This document shows positions 13,590 to 26,090 of a stretch of DNA of 64,000 bases, piece by piece. Source of the DNA: Octopus sinensis (lineage: Eukaryota). Positions within the stretch are counted from its first letter, which is position 1. Each line of letters begins with the position of its first letter. The notes under the pieces are model-generated. The model did not search any database, was not told the DNA's origin, and was given only the letters and a program-made list of their open reading frames with translations. Both the position numbers and the translations under genes were made by a program. The DNA is taken from the NCBI RefSeq assembly GCF_006345805.1, contig NC_043025.1, positions 13,764,001 through 13,828,000 of the forward strand. The letters are read 5' to 3'.

Positions 13590-13828
13590 GCTCATAAGGG
13601 CCGGTTTCCTTGGCGTATAAGGTTCCCCACCTGCACAAGACACCGGTCCTTCGCAGGAGGAAAGTTGTGGCGAAAGAGTTAGCAGAAGTTTCACCATTAC
13701 CTTCTGCGGGAGCCGCGTGGAGCTTAGGTGTTTCGCTCATAAACACACACATCGTCCGGTCTGAGATTCGAACCCGCGATCTCCCAACCATGAGTCCACT
13801 GCTCTAACCACTAGGCCATGTGCCTCCA
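13590..13828 (-). mobile_element. Third tRNA-SINE family. Other copies approx: 5220-5430, 14600-14865, 29940-30215, 48280-48580 (all -)
   Basis: Head GGCCTAGTGGTTAGAGC...GGTTCGAATCTCAG on the minus strand; shared GCTTAGGTGTTT body. Confidence 0.8.
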
Positions 13829-13829
13829 C

Positions 13830-14595
13830 TGGCTGTGGACAAGTGTACCACCATGCATTTTGGGAGAAAAAACCCTGCGTTCACATACTCCCTCCACAAC
13901 ACTGATATCAAGAAATCCTCTTGCGAGCGTGACCTAGGCATCACTGTCAGCAGTGATTTGCGTTGGTCAAAGCATATCTCTAAGATTGTCAGGAAGGCCG
14001 AGGGTGTCTTGGCATCACTCAGCAGGTCTTTTGTTAGCCGCTCTCCAGCCATCTATTTAAAACTGTATACAGCTATGGTACGACCACACTTGGAATTCGC
14101 ATCATCAGTTTGGAACCCCTATCTTGCACAGAACATTGACCTCCTGGAATCTGTCCAGAGACGTGCAACCAAACGCATACCCTCCATCAGACACCTACCA
14201 TATTCTGAGCGCCTTGTTTCCCTGGGCATGGATTCACTGAAGCTCCGGCGTTTGGCGACGGACTTGGTAAACACCCACAAAGTTATCAACCACCTCACCA
14301 ACAACAACACTGAACACCTTTTTGATCTCCATGTGTCTAACACACGTGGACATGCCTACAAAGTCAGAAAACAATACAGCTCCCATGACTTTCGGAAACA
14401 TTTTTTCACGCTCAGAGTTGCTGAAGCATGGAATAAACTGCCTGCGTCAGTTGTTGACTGCCATGACACTGCATCTTTTAAGGCCCTCATGCTTTCCGAA
14501 ATCCGCCGAAACTACACCTGATTATATATACACTTTAGATGAGTTGTAGTGCACCTGAGCACTGTACACAATTATTATTATTATTATTATTATTA
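13830..14595 (+). mobile_element. CR1-clade LINE, 5'-truncated RT C-terminus with (ATT)n tail
   Basis: 233-aa ORF with ERDLGITV, LYTAMVRPHLEFASSVWNP, LESVQRRATK, TRGH..K and FFTLRVAEAWNKLP. Confidence 0.92.
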
Positions 14596-15428
14596 CAAAT
14601 ATTCCTTCTCGAGCTATACCTGGCTCATAATGGCCAGTTTCTTGGCATATAGGTTCCCCACCTGGACGGGACACCGGTCCGTCACAAGATGCAGGAGGAA
14701 AGAGTGAGAGAAAGTCGTGGCGAAAGAGTCAGCAGAAGTTTGCCATTACCTTCTGCCGGAGCCGCGTGGAGCTTAGGTGTTTCACTCATAAACACACACA
14801 GTCTGAGATTCGAACCCATGATTCCTTGACCGCTGCTCTAACCCCTAGGCTATGTGCCTCCACTGTGTGTCTGTGTCTTGTTGATCCATTTGTACCTAAA
14901 TTAAAGTCATCGTGAATTATTTACTTAGAAACACCCACCCACACACACAAACGTCTGAATAGCAGATGGGATGGTCACAGCTGTAATACTTCTGATCATT
15001 GATCTGCTGGACATCGGGTTTAAGCAACAACCACAAGGACTGACACGTCAGATAATGTAATCCTAGATACACTATGCCTGAATGAAAGACGGGATGGTCA
15101 CAGATGGATCAGCTTTCATATCTAGCCCAAATAGTCTTCCTGTTTTATGTTCAGACTGACCACATCCAGCCTCTCACACCAGCCCTACAATGTCACTCTA
15201 AAAGCAGACAATCACATCGTCAAAATCTCAAAGCTATGAGATAATCCAGGATTAGTTCAAAACAATGGGAATAAACAGGAATTACATTTGACAAAGTTAT
15301 CTGAAATCTAAAGGATTAAAGGTCAGAAGTTTCCAAAATATAACACCTGATGTGATATGTGGAGTCTATTACCTACCACACAGCTACACATACACCAGTT
15401 ATGTGTATCTTTACACACATATATAATA

Positions 15429-15796
15429 CTAGCAGTATAGCCCGGCATTGCTCGGGTTTGTTTCGACCCTTTAGAATTTTTGAAAAGTAAAAAATTGTGC
15501 ATTATGTAGCTTATTATTCTCTTTATGTGAACATTTTTCTGGTTGAAATACACCGAAAAATGGCGACACAGCAGTCAAAAAGTCATAAAAATAGGGATTT
15601 TCATAGAAAAAAAGCACCTTTTTGATGTAAATAATTTTTGGTGTTAACATGGTTCTACGGAATGAAGAGCAAGCCTTCTTCTATCATACTCTCAATTTTG
15701 GTCAACTTGCGCTGCAGGGTCTCGGAGGAGATAGTGTTAGTTGAAGGCTACCAAACCTGCCATACACAGACAACTTCAGTTTTATATATAGAGAGA
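15429..15796 (-). mobile_element. Non-autonomous Helitron, same family; partial copies at 4504-4780(-) and ~37470-37850(-)
   Basis: TC...CTAG termini between A and T; body shared with 30490-30861. Confidence 0.88.
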
Positions 15797-16879
15797 TGTA
15801 AAGGTAAGATCCAAAGATCAAGGTGTAGGAAGCAAGTGAGCTTCAATCAGACCACTGTTGGTATGAAGAACAACTTTCAGGAACAATGGCAGAAGGTTGT
15901 AAATTTTTTGCAATATCAAAGTTTGGTAAGCTGAAAGAAGTTATTTTATAGTTCATGGTTAGCAGCTGGAATGGCTGTGTATGTGAATAGAAATCCAAAA
16001 TTAGGGGACAGTGTAGATAAAATCCAGGCTGGATATGTTTCATGCCATCAAAGTGACACTGGGGTCAAATATACAAAGCCCAGTATACCCATCATGACTA
16101 CCCGTCTGATAAGGGTCCACCAGGCACATGCATTACAACATGGTGATCTCATATCAAGATGAACAGCACATGACCTTGCAGGTGGGGCCCAGTTAGAAGT
16201 TTCTTCAGGTCAAGTAACACACCCCATTCAAAACGTCCCCAAATATGGGTGGTGAATGAAGCACCCATGTTTCCTGAGGTGAATTGTTATTATTGAATGA
16301 GAGAGCAGCACATGCCATCAACGTGACACTGGATTACAAATATACAAAGCCCAGTATACCCATCTGATAAAGGTACACCAAGCACATGCATCACAACCAT
16401 ATGTGCGCGACATGGTGATCTCATATCAAGATAAACAGTGCATGACCTTGCAGGGGGGGGGGTTATTCAGCTTGAGTAACCCATCCCACTCAAAAGGTCC
16501 CTTAAGAACATAACACCCATATTACCAGAAGTGAATTATCCAAACCCCAAAGAATCCCTCTCAACACATGGCTATGATGCTCCCCCACTACTTCTGCCCA
16601 TCTTTTTATACCAAGACAAAAGAATGTACATGATAACACTTCCAATCAGAAGCTATGAGAGCCAATGCTCTTAGTGCTCCACTAGCACGGATGCCAGTCA
16701 TTGAATTTGATTTCACTTGCCTCCGCAAGCAGAGTTTAGTGTCCAATGAAGGAAAGGCACACATAAGCGGACTGGTTACACCCCTGGCATAGGCCACAAG
16801 GTTATGGTCTCACTTGCGCTTGCTGAGTCTTCTGAAGCGCAGAGGTCCCGGTCACTGCATCGGTGGGGCCCAAACACCT

Positions 16880-17135
16880 CGAGGAGGCCCAGTGCAACTG
16901 AAACCCAAGTGTCTTTTTGGTCAGCTGAAAGCAGTTTTTGCACAAACTTGGCAGACACACATCTCATACCAAAATCTTCAATGGTAATGGACTGAACTGT
17001 AACTAACAGGTACACCCTTTTAATAACTCACGGATGATGATTCAACGATTTCCCTGCACAGCTGCGATGTTTTTCTCAGTTCTGCGTCTCTCAGGATATT
17101 CGTCAATATCGACATTTTTCAGCCACTCGTGTGTG
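16880..17135 (-). mobile_element. Mariner transposase remnant (N-terminal/HTH region)
   Basis: RTEKNIAAV..IIREL and EDFGMRCVSAKFVQKLLSADQK. Confidence 0.75.
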
Positions 17136-17809
17136 ACTCAGACACTCCTCTCTATACAGGCTTATTATTACTATAAGTATGGGGGCTCTGAAAGGAGTCT
17201 CGGGGAGTGGGGTCCCTGCCTTCCTGAGCTAGTTTACCACTACATTTCTTAAAAATCATGGTAGAGTGGTCTCAGGACCACTCATGTCTAGAAACTGAGG
17301 TTGGGGGTAAGCAGGGGCAGAAAATCCAGCCCCCAAAAAGCCTCATGATAGCAAAGGAGAAAGGGCACCAGTCATCCCAAAGGTTGGGGTGGGCTGCACC
17401 TGCCTACCTCGGTTGCTCTGACATTGAGGTACATCCAGCCACCCCTGTTAACAGGGACAAAACCTGGATGATGATGATGTCTTTTGAGATGTGACATTGA
17501 TCATCATTTGTCACTGAAGGAATGCTGGTTCACACACAGAGTTGAAACGCTGTTTGCTTTTCCTTTTCAGCATCCCACTTCCATTGCACATACACACACA
17601 CATAGAGGCTTTGTGCCTATAATAGAATGGATTATTATTATTGAAGGTGGTGAACTGGCAGACTCATTAGCACACCTGGCAAAATGCTATGTTCTGAGTT
17701 CAACTTTGCCAAATTAAGTACCAGTGAAATTCTTGGGTTGATGTAATTGACTAGTCCTCTCCCCAAAAAACTTCAGGCCTATAATAGAAAGGATTATTAT
17801 TGAGTGAGA

Positions 17810-18340
17810 GAGCAGTGCATGCCATCAAAGTGACACTGGGGTAAAATATACGAAGCCCAGTATACCCATCATGACTACCCGTCTGATAAGGGTACACCAG
17901 GCACATGCATCACAACCATATGTGCGTGACATGGTGATCCCATATCAAGATAAACAGCACATGACCTTGCAGGTGGGGCCCAGTTAGAATTTTTCTTCTG
18001 GTCGAGTAACCCATCCTACTCAAAAGGTCCCTGAATAAGGTTTGTTTATGGATGTTGAACGAAACACCTATGTTTCCAGAGGTGAATTATCCAAACCCCA
18101 AAGAATTCCTCTCATCACATGGCTATGATTTTCCCCCACTACTTCTGCTCGTGATCAGAGATGCACATATCGTCAGCCACTAAGGGACATGCTCAACTGG
18201 TTAACGTCAAACAACTGACAAGCAAATCTGTGGTATTGAGCAGAATATTTGCTGTAGCCCATCTTTTATACCAAGACAAAACAATGTACATGATAACACT
18301 TCCAATCAGAAGCCACTGCCTGGTACCGCATCAGGGCATT
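17810..18340. repeat. Dispersed interspersed repeat; also 16040-16640, 44690-44870, 45010-45085
   Basis: Shared CCATCAAAGTGACACTGGGG, CCCAGTATACCCATCATGAC and CCCCAAAGAATCCC blocks. Confidence 0.7.
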
Positions 18341-19318
18341 TATTATTATATATCAAAGTGGTGAGCACTCTGGACAAAATGCTAAGTAGTATTTTAGCCA
18401 TCTTTACGACCGAAGTTCAAATTCCGCCGAGGTCAACTCTGCCTTTCACCCCCCCCCCACCGTCGATAAAATATGATACCAGCCAAGTGCTACAGTCGAT
18501 ATAAGGGAGTGAAACCCCTTCCTCCTAAAAAAAAAAAAAACTACTGGCCATGTTTGTCGAACAAAATGCTTAAAGGCATTTCTTACGACTCCTAACGTTC
18601 TGAGTCTGCTGAGGTCGACTTAATAAGTACCAGTGAAGTACTAGGGACGATGTAATCGATCGAACCCTCTACTCAAAATTTCGGGCTTTGTACCAAAATT
18701 AAAAAGGATCATTGTTATCATTATTTCCTTTATGAGCCAGAGGGGCATCGATGACAGTTTTAAAATTCGTAATGCCGACAGAGGGGCGGGTTTTCTTCGA
18801 AAAGATTAGGGGACAGGATGTATAAATGTGATTACAAAGTACACGATTATAATAACCGGAGTTTCTAATTATTAATTAATTAATTAAAGGTCAATTATTA
18901 TTATTTCTTTTATTAGCCACAGGGGCATCGATGACAGTTTTAAAGGGGCGGGTTTTCTTCGAAAAGATTAGGGGACAGGATGTATAAACGTGATTACAAA
19001 GTACCCGTTTATAATTAGCGGAGTTTCTAATTATTAATTAATTAATAATTAAAGATCAATTAGTATTGAGCCTAGATCTCTGCCAGGTGCCCTGTCCCCT
19101 ATTTCGGTTGACGTATACACCTCAAAGCACAGAAGGACGGAACCGGTAGCCGAAAGTTAGTCATACACACACATACATATCTATATATACACACACATAT
19201 ACATACATACATATCTATATACGCACACACATATATACACGCCTTTCTACACAAGCCGCTGTATATATATATATACACGCACACACACACATATATACAC
19301 GCCTTTATACACAAGCCG

Positions 19319-19378
<60 letters not shown>

Positions 19379-19458
19379 CACGCACATATATACACAAGCC
19401 GCTGTATATATATATATTTATATACACGCATGAATATCTATAGAAAGAGGGACTTTAC

Positions 19459-19573
19459 CATTCTCAGGCTGCGTATATAAGTTGTGGCATTCTTTGAGGA
19501 TCTTCTCGTTCACCGTCTGGCTTGTAATATTCGCCACATTGCCAGAATTTCTCGAATTAATTTTGCCCGACAT
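19459..19573 (-). CDS. First coding exon (MSGKINSRNSGNVANITSQTVNEKILKECHNLYTQPEN-G), probably an uncharacterised dynamin/EHD-like P-loop GTPase
   Basis: ATG directly preceded by an in-frame TAA; donor G|GTAAAG; ILxECHxLYxxxENG recalls the N-terminus of a conserved uncharacterised GTPase family (recall only, not searched). Confidence 0.65.
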
Positions 19574-19639
19574 TTACAAGATTCTCGCTGCTGCTGCTGC
19601 TGTTAATACGGAATACGACATTACACACCGTCCTTCGCA

Positions 19640-21660
19640 ATTATGTGGCACTCGCTCCCCCTCTCTCATTCGCTATTACTCTTTCAATTTCTCCCCTTCT
19701 CTCACATACTTACTCTTTCAGCTACTTCACTCCCTCCCTCTATCACATGCTCTTACGCTTTCTTTGCCGTCCTCTCTCTCTTTCACACACTACACCTCTC
19801 TCCCTTGCTAATACACTTTCAATTTCTCCCCTCTCTCACATACTTACTCTTTCACCCACTTCACTCCCTCTATCACATGCTCTTACGCTTTCTTTGCCGT
19901 CCTCTCTCCCTTGCTAATACACTTTCAATTTCTCCCCTTCTCTCACTTACTTACTCTTTCACTCCCTCCCTCTATCACATGCTCTTACACTTTCTTTGAC
20001 ATCCTCTCACTCTTTCACCCACTTCACCTCTCTCGCTTGCTAATACACTTTCAATTTCTCCCCTTCTCTCACTCGCTATTACTCTTTCACCCACTTCACT
20101 CCCTCCCTCTATCACATGCTCTTACGCTTTCTTTGCCGTCCTCTCTCTTCCTATTACTCTTTCAATTTCTCCCATTCTTTCACTCGCTATTACTCTTTCA
20201 CCCACTTCACTCCCTCCCTCTATCACATGCTCTTACGCTTTCTTTGCCGTCCTCTCTCTTCCTATTACTCTTTCAATTTCTCCCCTTCTCTCACTTACTT
20301 ACTCTTTCACCCACTTCACTCCGTCCCTCTATCACATGCTCTTACGCTTTCTTTGCCGTCCTCTCTCTCTCTCTTCCTCCCACTACACCTCTCGTAATCG
20401 CTAACCACTTTCCGTTCCTCCCCTTCTCTATCTCGCAATTACTCTTTCACCTCTCTCACTAGCTACTACCCTTTCAATATCTCCCTTTCCCCCCTTCACA
20501 TATTACTTTCCATTCTCACTCATTCGCTTTCTCCTACTTCCTTTTACTCTTTCATTCATCTCTGTTACACCCCCCCGTCTCCGCCAATACCCTTTCTTAG
20601 ACTTCCTCTCACTCACACTCCATCCTTACGGGTATAATTCTTTTTCTTATACCTCTCCTTCTTAGACCCTTCAATCTAAGTGTCTTTCTCTTCCCCCCTT
20701 TCATATCTGTCTGCATTTCTTTCTCTCCGCTCCCCTCTCTAACACTTGTATCTATTTTCTTTCAACTCCCTCTTTTTATCTGCTGTACTAAGGTGTATTT
20801 CTCCTCCCCTTCTCTATCCGTTGTAGTTATTTCTCTCCCCCTCTATTAGTGGTATCTTATTATCTCTCCACTCCCCCTTCCTATCTGCTTCACCTAAGCG
20901 GAATTTTCCTCCCTCTACTACTACTCTCCTCCTCTATCAGCTGTGTCTATATATTCTCTCCTTTTCCTTCTCTCTCTCAGCTGTAGTAAGTCTCCTCACG
21001 CCTTCCCTCTCTACTGCAATTAACTATTTCTGTCTCTCCTCCCCTTCTCATTTGTAGCTATTTATCTCCCTTACCCTCTCCCTCTCTGTTATGCGTTTAT
21101 CTGACTCTCACCCTCTCTATTAGATTTCTAGTTTCTCTCGCCTCCTCCTCTGCATCGTTTGTAGATGTGTGCTTCTCTCCTCTCACTCTGCTAATCATAA
21201 CACTGTGTCTTCCTCTCCTCCTTCTCTGTCTCTTTTAGAATCTCTATCTTTCTTTCTCCTCTTCCTCATTCACCCTTTCGTTTTCTAGCCTGTTCTTCCT
21301 CCTTCCGTCTTTCTATTTCATCTCTCTCTCACTTCTGCCTATGTTCCCCACTCTATATCTGTGTCTATCTTATTTCTGTACTCTCCCTCTTCCCCTCTAT
21401 TTGACATTCTCATTCTTTCTTTCTCTCTATCTATGTTAGTCTCTACTTTCCCTTTCCTCTCTCTCTCAATCTATTCTCATACTTTCTCTTCCTCTCTCAC
21501 TCTCGCTCTGCCTTTCTAAGTCTCTACACACTCACCTCTCTTTCTATTAGCATCTCTATCTCTTCCACACTCCTTTCTATGTCTATATATAAATATCTAT
21601 TTATCTACCTCTTCCACACTCACCCTTTCAATGTCTATATGTATCTTTTTATCCACCCGG
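19640..21660. repeat. Pyrimidine-rich tandem repeats grading into CT low-complexity sequence
   Basis: Repeated CTATCACATGCTCTTACGCTTTCTTTGCCGTCCTCTCT blocks. Confidence 0.85.
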
Positions 21661-21807
21661 CTCTCCCTCCAGCTAATTTAATAAAGAGAATGGTAAAAGC
21701 AGGTTGGGAAGGCTAACAAACATTATCCAACGGACAGATTTCCCATTCCAAAACCAATTCCTTCTCACCAAGATCTCCAAGACATATTCTCCATCCGAAC
21801 CTCTTAC

Positions 21808-21840
21808 TTGCACGTCCGGCTTAAAGTAAAGGGGAAATAT
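21808..21840 (-). other. Candidate 5' UTR exon end of the minus-strand GTPase-like gene
   Basis: Donor CAA|GTAAGA at 21807; possible acceptor TATTAACAG| about 25 nt upstream of the 19573 ATG; CCAAT boxes at 21993 and 22171. The 5' boundary is arbitrary. Confidence 0.35.
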
Positions 21841-22244
21841 TTTTTCAACCAGTTCTATATATTTTTATTTCTCATATAAAAGTATAAACTTCATGTATAA
21901 TTATAGTTTATAATCGAGTTTTCAAAAAAAAAAATTCAAATTTCCCAGATTTATTGAAATAATTAAAAAAGTGCCGGGTTGCATAATTTTAGCCAATCTT
22001 TTCACAAGAAAAAAAACTAGTTTCGTCTTCGTGGCTGTAGAATTGTTAACGTTTATAATACAATTTAAATTTATTAATTATTACAAAATCCGAATTTTTA
22101 GAAAAATTTTTTTTCGACAAAATAACGAAATATATTGAGAAAAATCTTGTACGGGGCAGAATACTTTCAGCCAATGAGATGAGAGGAAAGCAGTTTCCTC
22201 TTCATTCAACATGTGTGTGAAGAGAGAGAAAGGGTGATACGTAT

Positions 22245-22633
22245 GTAGAGAGAGACAGGTAGATAAATAGATAGAGAGAGAGATATATGGATAGATAGGT
22301 AGATAAATAGATAAAGAGAGAGATGGATGGATAGATAGAGAGAGAGAGGGAGATAAATAAATAGATAGAGAGAGGTAGATAACTAAATAGAGAGAGAGAT
22401 GGATAGATAGATAGGTAGAGAGAGAGAGGGAGATAAATAAATAGATAGAGAGAGAGATGGATAGATAGATAGGTAGAGAGAGAGAGGGAGATAAATAAAT
22501 AGATAGAGAGAGAGAGGTAGATAACTAAATAGAGAGAGAGATGGATAGATAGATAGGTAGAGAGAGAGAGGGAGATAAATAAATAGATAGAGAGAGAGAT
22601 GGATGGATAGATAGAGAGATGGATGGATAGATA
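22245..22633. repeat. (GATA)n/(GA)n compound microsatellite inside the divergent promoter interval
   Basis: Directly visible. Confidence 0.95.
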
Positions 22634-22724
22634 AGCTTCTGTTTCTCTGGTTGCTAATTATTAAATGTTTTTAATTAGCGAAATATATGTAAATTTAGAC
22701 GGAACGAGAAGTAAATAAATGAAT

Positions 22725-22810
22725 ATTATCCAATCAGTTGGGAGGCAGACATTGGTTCCGTCTTCAGTGCGGAACAGCCGGAAGTCGTAATGTTTATAAT
22801 TCAACATGGC
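22725..22810 (+). promoter_or_regulatory. TATA-less housekeeping-type promoter of the CCCH gene
   Basis: CCAAT at 22730-22734, ATTGG at 22751-22755, ETS motif CCGGAAGT at 22778-22785; YY1-like AACATGGC overlaps the start codon. Confidence 0.6.
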
Positions 22811-22873
22811 TTCCCTGGTGGCTGACTACAGCGGAAGCAGCGATGACGAGTTCGAATCCGACCCACGTAACAG
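22806..22873 (+). CDS. CCCH zinc-finger protein, exon 1 (MASLVADYSGSSDDEFESDPRN)
   Basis: AACATGG start context, donor CAG|GTAACC; phase 2 joins exon 2 (AG+T = Ser). Confidence 0.85.
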
Positions 22874-23331
22874 GTAACCCTCAATGTCTCTAGCTTGCCT
22901 TTACAACCCGACACCATAAATGCCGCCTCTCGTAATATGGGAACCGTTTCGACTGTTAATGTCCGTTAACGAATCCTTTTATGCCTTAAACCCTAAATTT
23001 TTATCTGATCCCTTACTTCCTGGACGTCGACCATTGGCCCCTGCGTGTTCTTCCGTTCTGAGGTCGAATCCCGCTCAGGTCAGCTTTGCTTTGCATTCGT
23101 TCAGGGTCGATAAAACGAAGCACTGGGATCGATTGCCTCAACTAAATCCCTTCCCCTTAAAAATTACCGATTTTCTGCCTAAATTAAGAATAATAATCTT
23201 ATATTAATTATTCGTACGGTTTCACGGAAGGGACAGTGACCCCCATGGGTTTCTAACCTCGCTCGGTTTCTGCAGGAATTGTGTCTTCAACGTTCGACCT
23301 GACCCTGGGTGAAGAAGGGCACGAAAAACCG

Positions 23332-23586
23332 GGCAATCTTTCGTCTCTAGTAGACCTTTCCGTAAAAAAATTATTTTTTTTTACATATGGGCTTGCGGGA
23401 ACTTTTGAAGTAATGAGAGCGAAAGAGACTAAGAGAAAGCGATTGTATGACGAGGGAAGTTCTTTTGAAGTTACCGTGCATGGCAAGCATTGATGTACAT
23501 GTGTGTGTGTGTGTTTGATGGGGTGTGGGAGACAGACAGTATGTTGTGTAATCGACGGAAAGGTCTACTAGAGACGAAAGATCGCC
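23332..23586. mobile_element. 255-bp MITE, Merlin-like
   Basis: 32-bp TIRs (1 mismatch) starting with GG; perfect 8-bp TSD AAAAACCG at 23324-23331 and 23587-23594. Confidence 0.8.
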
Positions 23587-25444
23587 AAAAACCGAATTGA
23601 AGATGTCGAGGTAGGCTTTCTCGCCGCCGACTTCTCTCCTCTGAAGTAACGATAGTCGACGTGTTGCTTAGTGCCACTGCTACTAAAGGTTGCTAGTAAC
23701 TCCAGTACTACGGACATGTGACTAGAATGGTGCAGGGAAGAATCACGAGACGGATTCTTCAAAACTGACAGAACCAGCGGGAGACCTTGAGGTAGAGCAA
23801 AAACGGGAATGGTAGGATAATGTGTATAATCCCTGGTGATCGTGCTTTAGGATTCAAACGGAAAAAAAGTATAATGACAATTGCTTCTGATAAGACCCTA
23901 AGGAAGAAGAGCCCGATGACTCTGTCCCCATGGCTCCGGTTCTGTGGACATGGGATTAGAATACCGCAGGCAAGAATCGCAAGACAGATTCTTCAAGCGC
24001 GACTAACCAGAAGGTCTAATGACGGCTACTTGTGATACGATCCCTATGGAGGGGGGTATATGTGGACTCTATCCCTATGACTAGCAGGAGACCTGACAGT
24101 AAGTAGACTAGTGACGAAATGGTTGGGTAATATCCTTTGTCCCAGTCGGTCATTCTTGGGAATTCAGCAGGGAAGAGTAATGATGGGACCCTGTGGAGGA
24201 GGTGCCTGAAGACTCTGTCCCATGACTGGCAGGCGACCTGAGGGGAAACTGATGACGGGATGGTTGGATAATATCCAGGTCTCGGTTGACAATGCTTGGA
24301 AACTGTGATGACAGGACCCAGTAAAGGAGATGCCTGAGGATTTTACCCCCACGATCTTTCCAAGAATGGTGGGGGAGTAAAAATTTATGGATGGAAGTAA
24401 CGTATCACCTTATCTTTTTGGTCGCGAGTCGACGATTGCTTGAAAATCATATCCAGGGAGGGATTTACAAAGTGCTGACATTTAGGGGAAGAGTGGGTTC
24501 TGTCTAGGAATTAGTACAGGTCGAGAGGGGTTGGACACGAGACCAGCCAGCATTGAGAAACGAAAACCACTGGGCACAATTACAGTTTAGTACCCCACCC
24601 AATTGAGTTTCTTTTTATAATTAGCTTTCTAAGGTCTTCTGTTACTTGTTTCGGTCATTGGACTGTGGCCGTGTTGGGGTATTGCTTTGAAGGATTTTCG
24701 TCATCATTTAATGTCCGTTTTCCATGCTGGCATGGGTCGGACAGGCTTCAATGTCTGTTTTGGCAGAGTTTTTATGGCTGGATCCTCTTCCGTCCTATGC
24801 ACCACACGATCAAACCAATACAGGCTTCTTTCCTGCCCACCACATCTGATACCTCATGCTCAATTTTTCTCTCTGAGTTTTGGCTGCCGAGGTGGAAATC
24901 CACGCCACCATCGGAAAAATACTATGAAAAATTACCGTTATACAAAGGAAAATTACTGTGTGGTTGACCGTTATTAAGACAAAAGAGCTATTTGAATGAC
25001 CGCTAATTAGGAGAAGGGAGTAAAAATGTTCATAGTATATATAAATATATAGGTAGGCAGATAGATAGACAGAAAATGGGCTTCTTTCAGTTTCCAACTA
25101 CCAAATCCACTCACAAGGCTTTGGTCAGTCTAAGGCTATAGTAGAAGACGCCACACAGTGGGAATGAACCTGGGACCATGTGGTTGGTAAGCAAGCTTCT
25201 TACCACATAGTTATGCCTGCACCTGACCGACTGGCTTCTTTCAGTTTCCGTCTACCAAATCCACTCACAAGGCTTTGGTCAGTCTAAGGCTATAGTAGAA
25301 GACACTTGCTCAAGGTGCTACACAGTGAGACTGAACCCAGACCCTGGGTAGCAAACATGTTTTAACTTAACTTTTTGAAATTATCTCTCTTGTTTTTACT
25401 CCTTTTTGTATTTTTTCTTATTGTTTTATATGGATTTTTTTTAG

Positions 25445-26090
25445 TGATGAAAATCATGGGAAGAATTTGCTGGTTATAAACGAAGAAGAATCCAGTTCAG
25501 AAGAAAACGAAACCCTGGAGTCAAACCAGAACCGGGCACAAATTCGGAGTTCAGAGAATTCCCAAGACGAACAACTGCCAAACCCTTTCAGCACAAGTTC
25601 AAACCTTCCGACTCCAAACCTGGAATCCAAACCAGGCACCGGTTCCCACTTGGTCTTCTCAAATCCATTCAAAGAGGAACAGACTCGGAAAGACTTCATT
25701 CTGGAGCAACATGTGAAGATGACGGAAAAACCCAAGAGTTCCACGTCCAAAAAACAGATTTGCTGGAAGTTCCGGCAAGGGAAATGTAGGTTCAGCAAAA
25801 ACTGCAAGTTCTCACACGACATCGACAACCATATAGAAAGCCCGCTGGTGAAGGGCAACCAGAACGCTGAAGTTCCTGCGCCGAAACAGTTTTCAGGTGA
25901 TGTACTGCTCAAGGGCCAGGGGTCGCAGGTTTTGAATCCAAATGTCCCCGATGAGGATGATTATATGAATATGAACAACAGGCGAAAGAAGAGATCTGGG
26001 GTCTCGGAGGGTCTAGTTCCTCCAAAAAAGGCTATGGTTATGCTTAATAAAATACAGGCCCAAGAACGGCCGTGGACTGTGAAAAGGTAG
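25445..26090 (+). CDS. CCCH zinc-finger protein, exon 2; whole protein 237 aa, uncharacterised
   Basis: Long T tract then TTAG|; open frame to TAG at 26088-26090; contains C-x7-C-x5-C-x3-H (CWKFRQGKCRFSKNCKFSH), a VFSNPF...LEQHVKMT block and a basic RRKKR stretch. Confidence 0.9.

Noticed and set aside
23281-23493. 70-aa ORF in intron 1 of the CCCH gene
   Set aside because: Crosses the TIR of the MITE; no homology recognised
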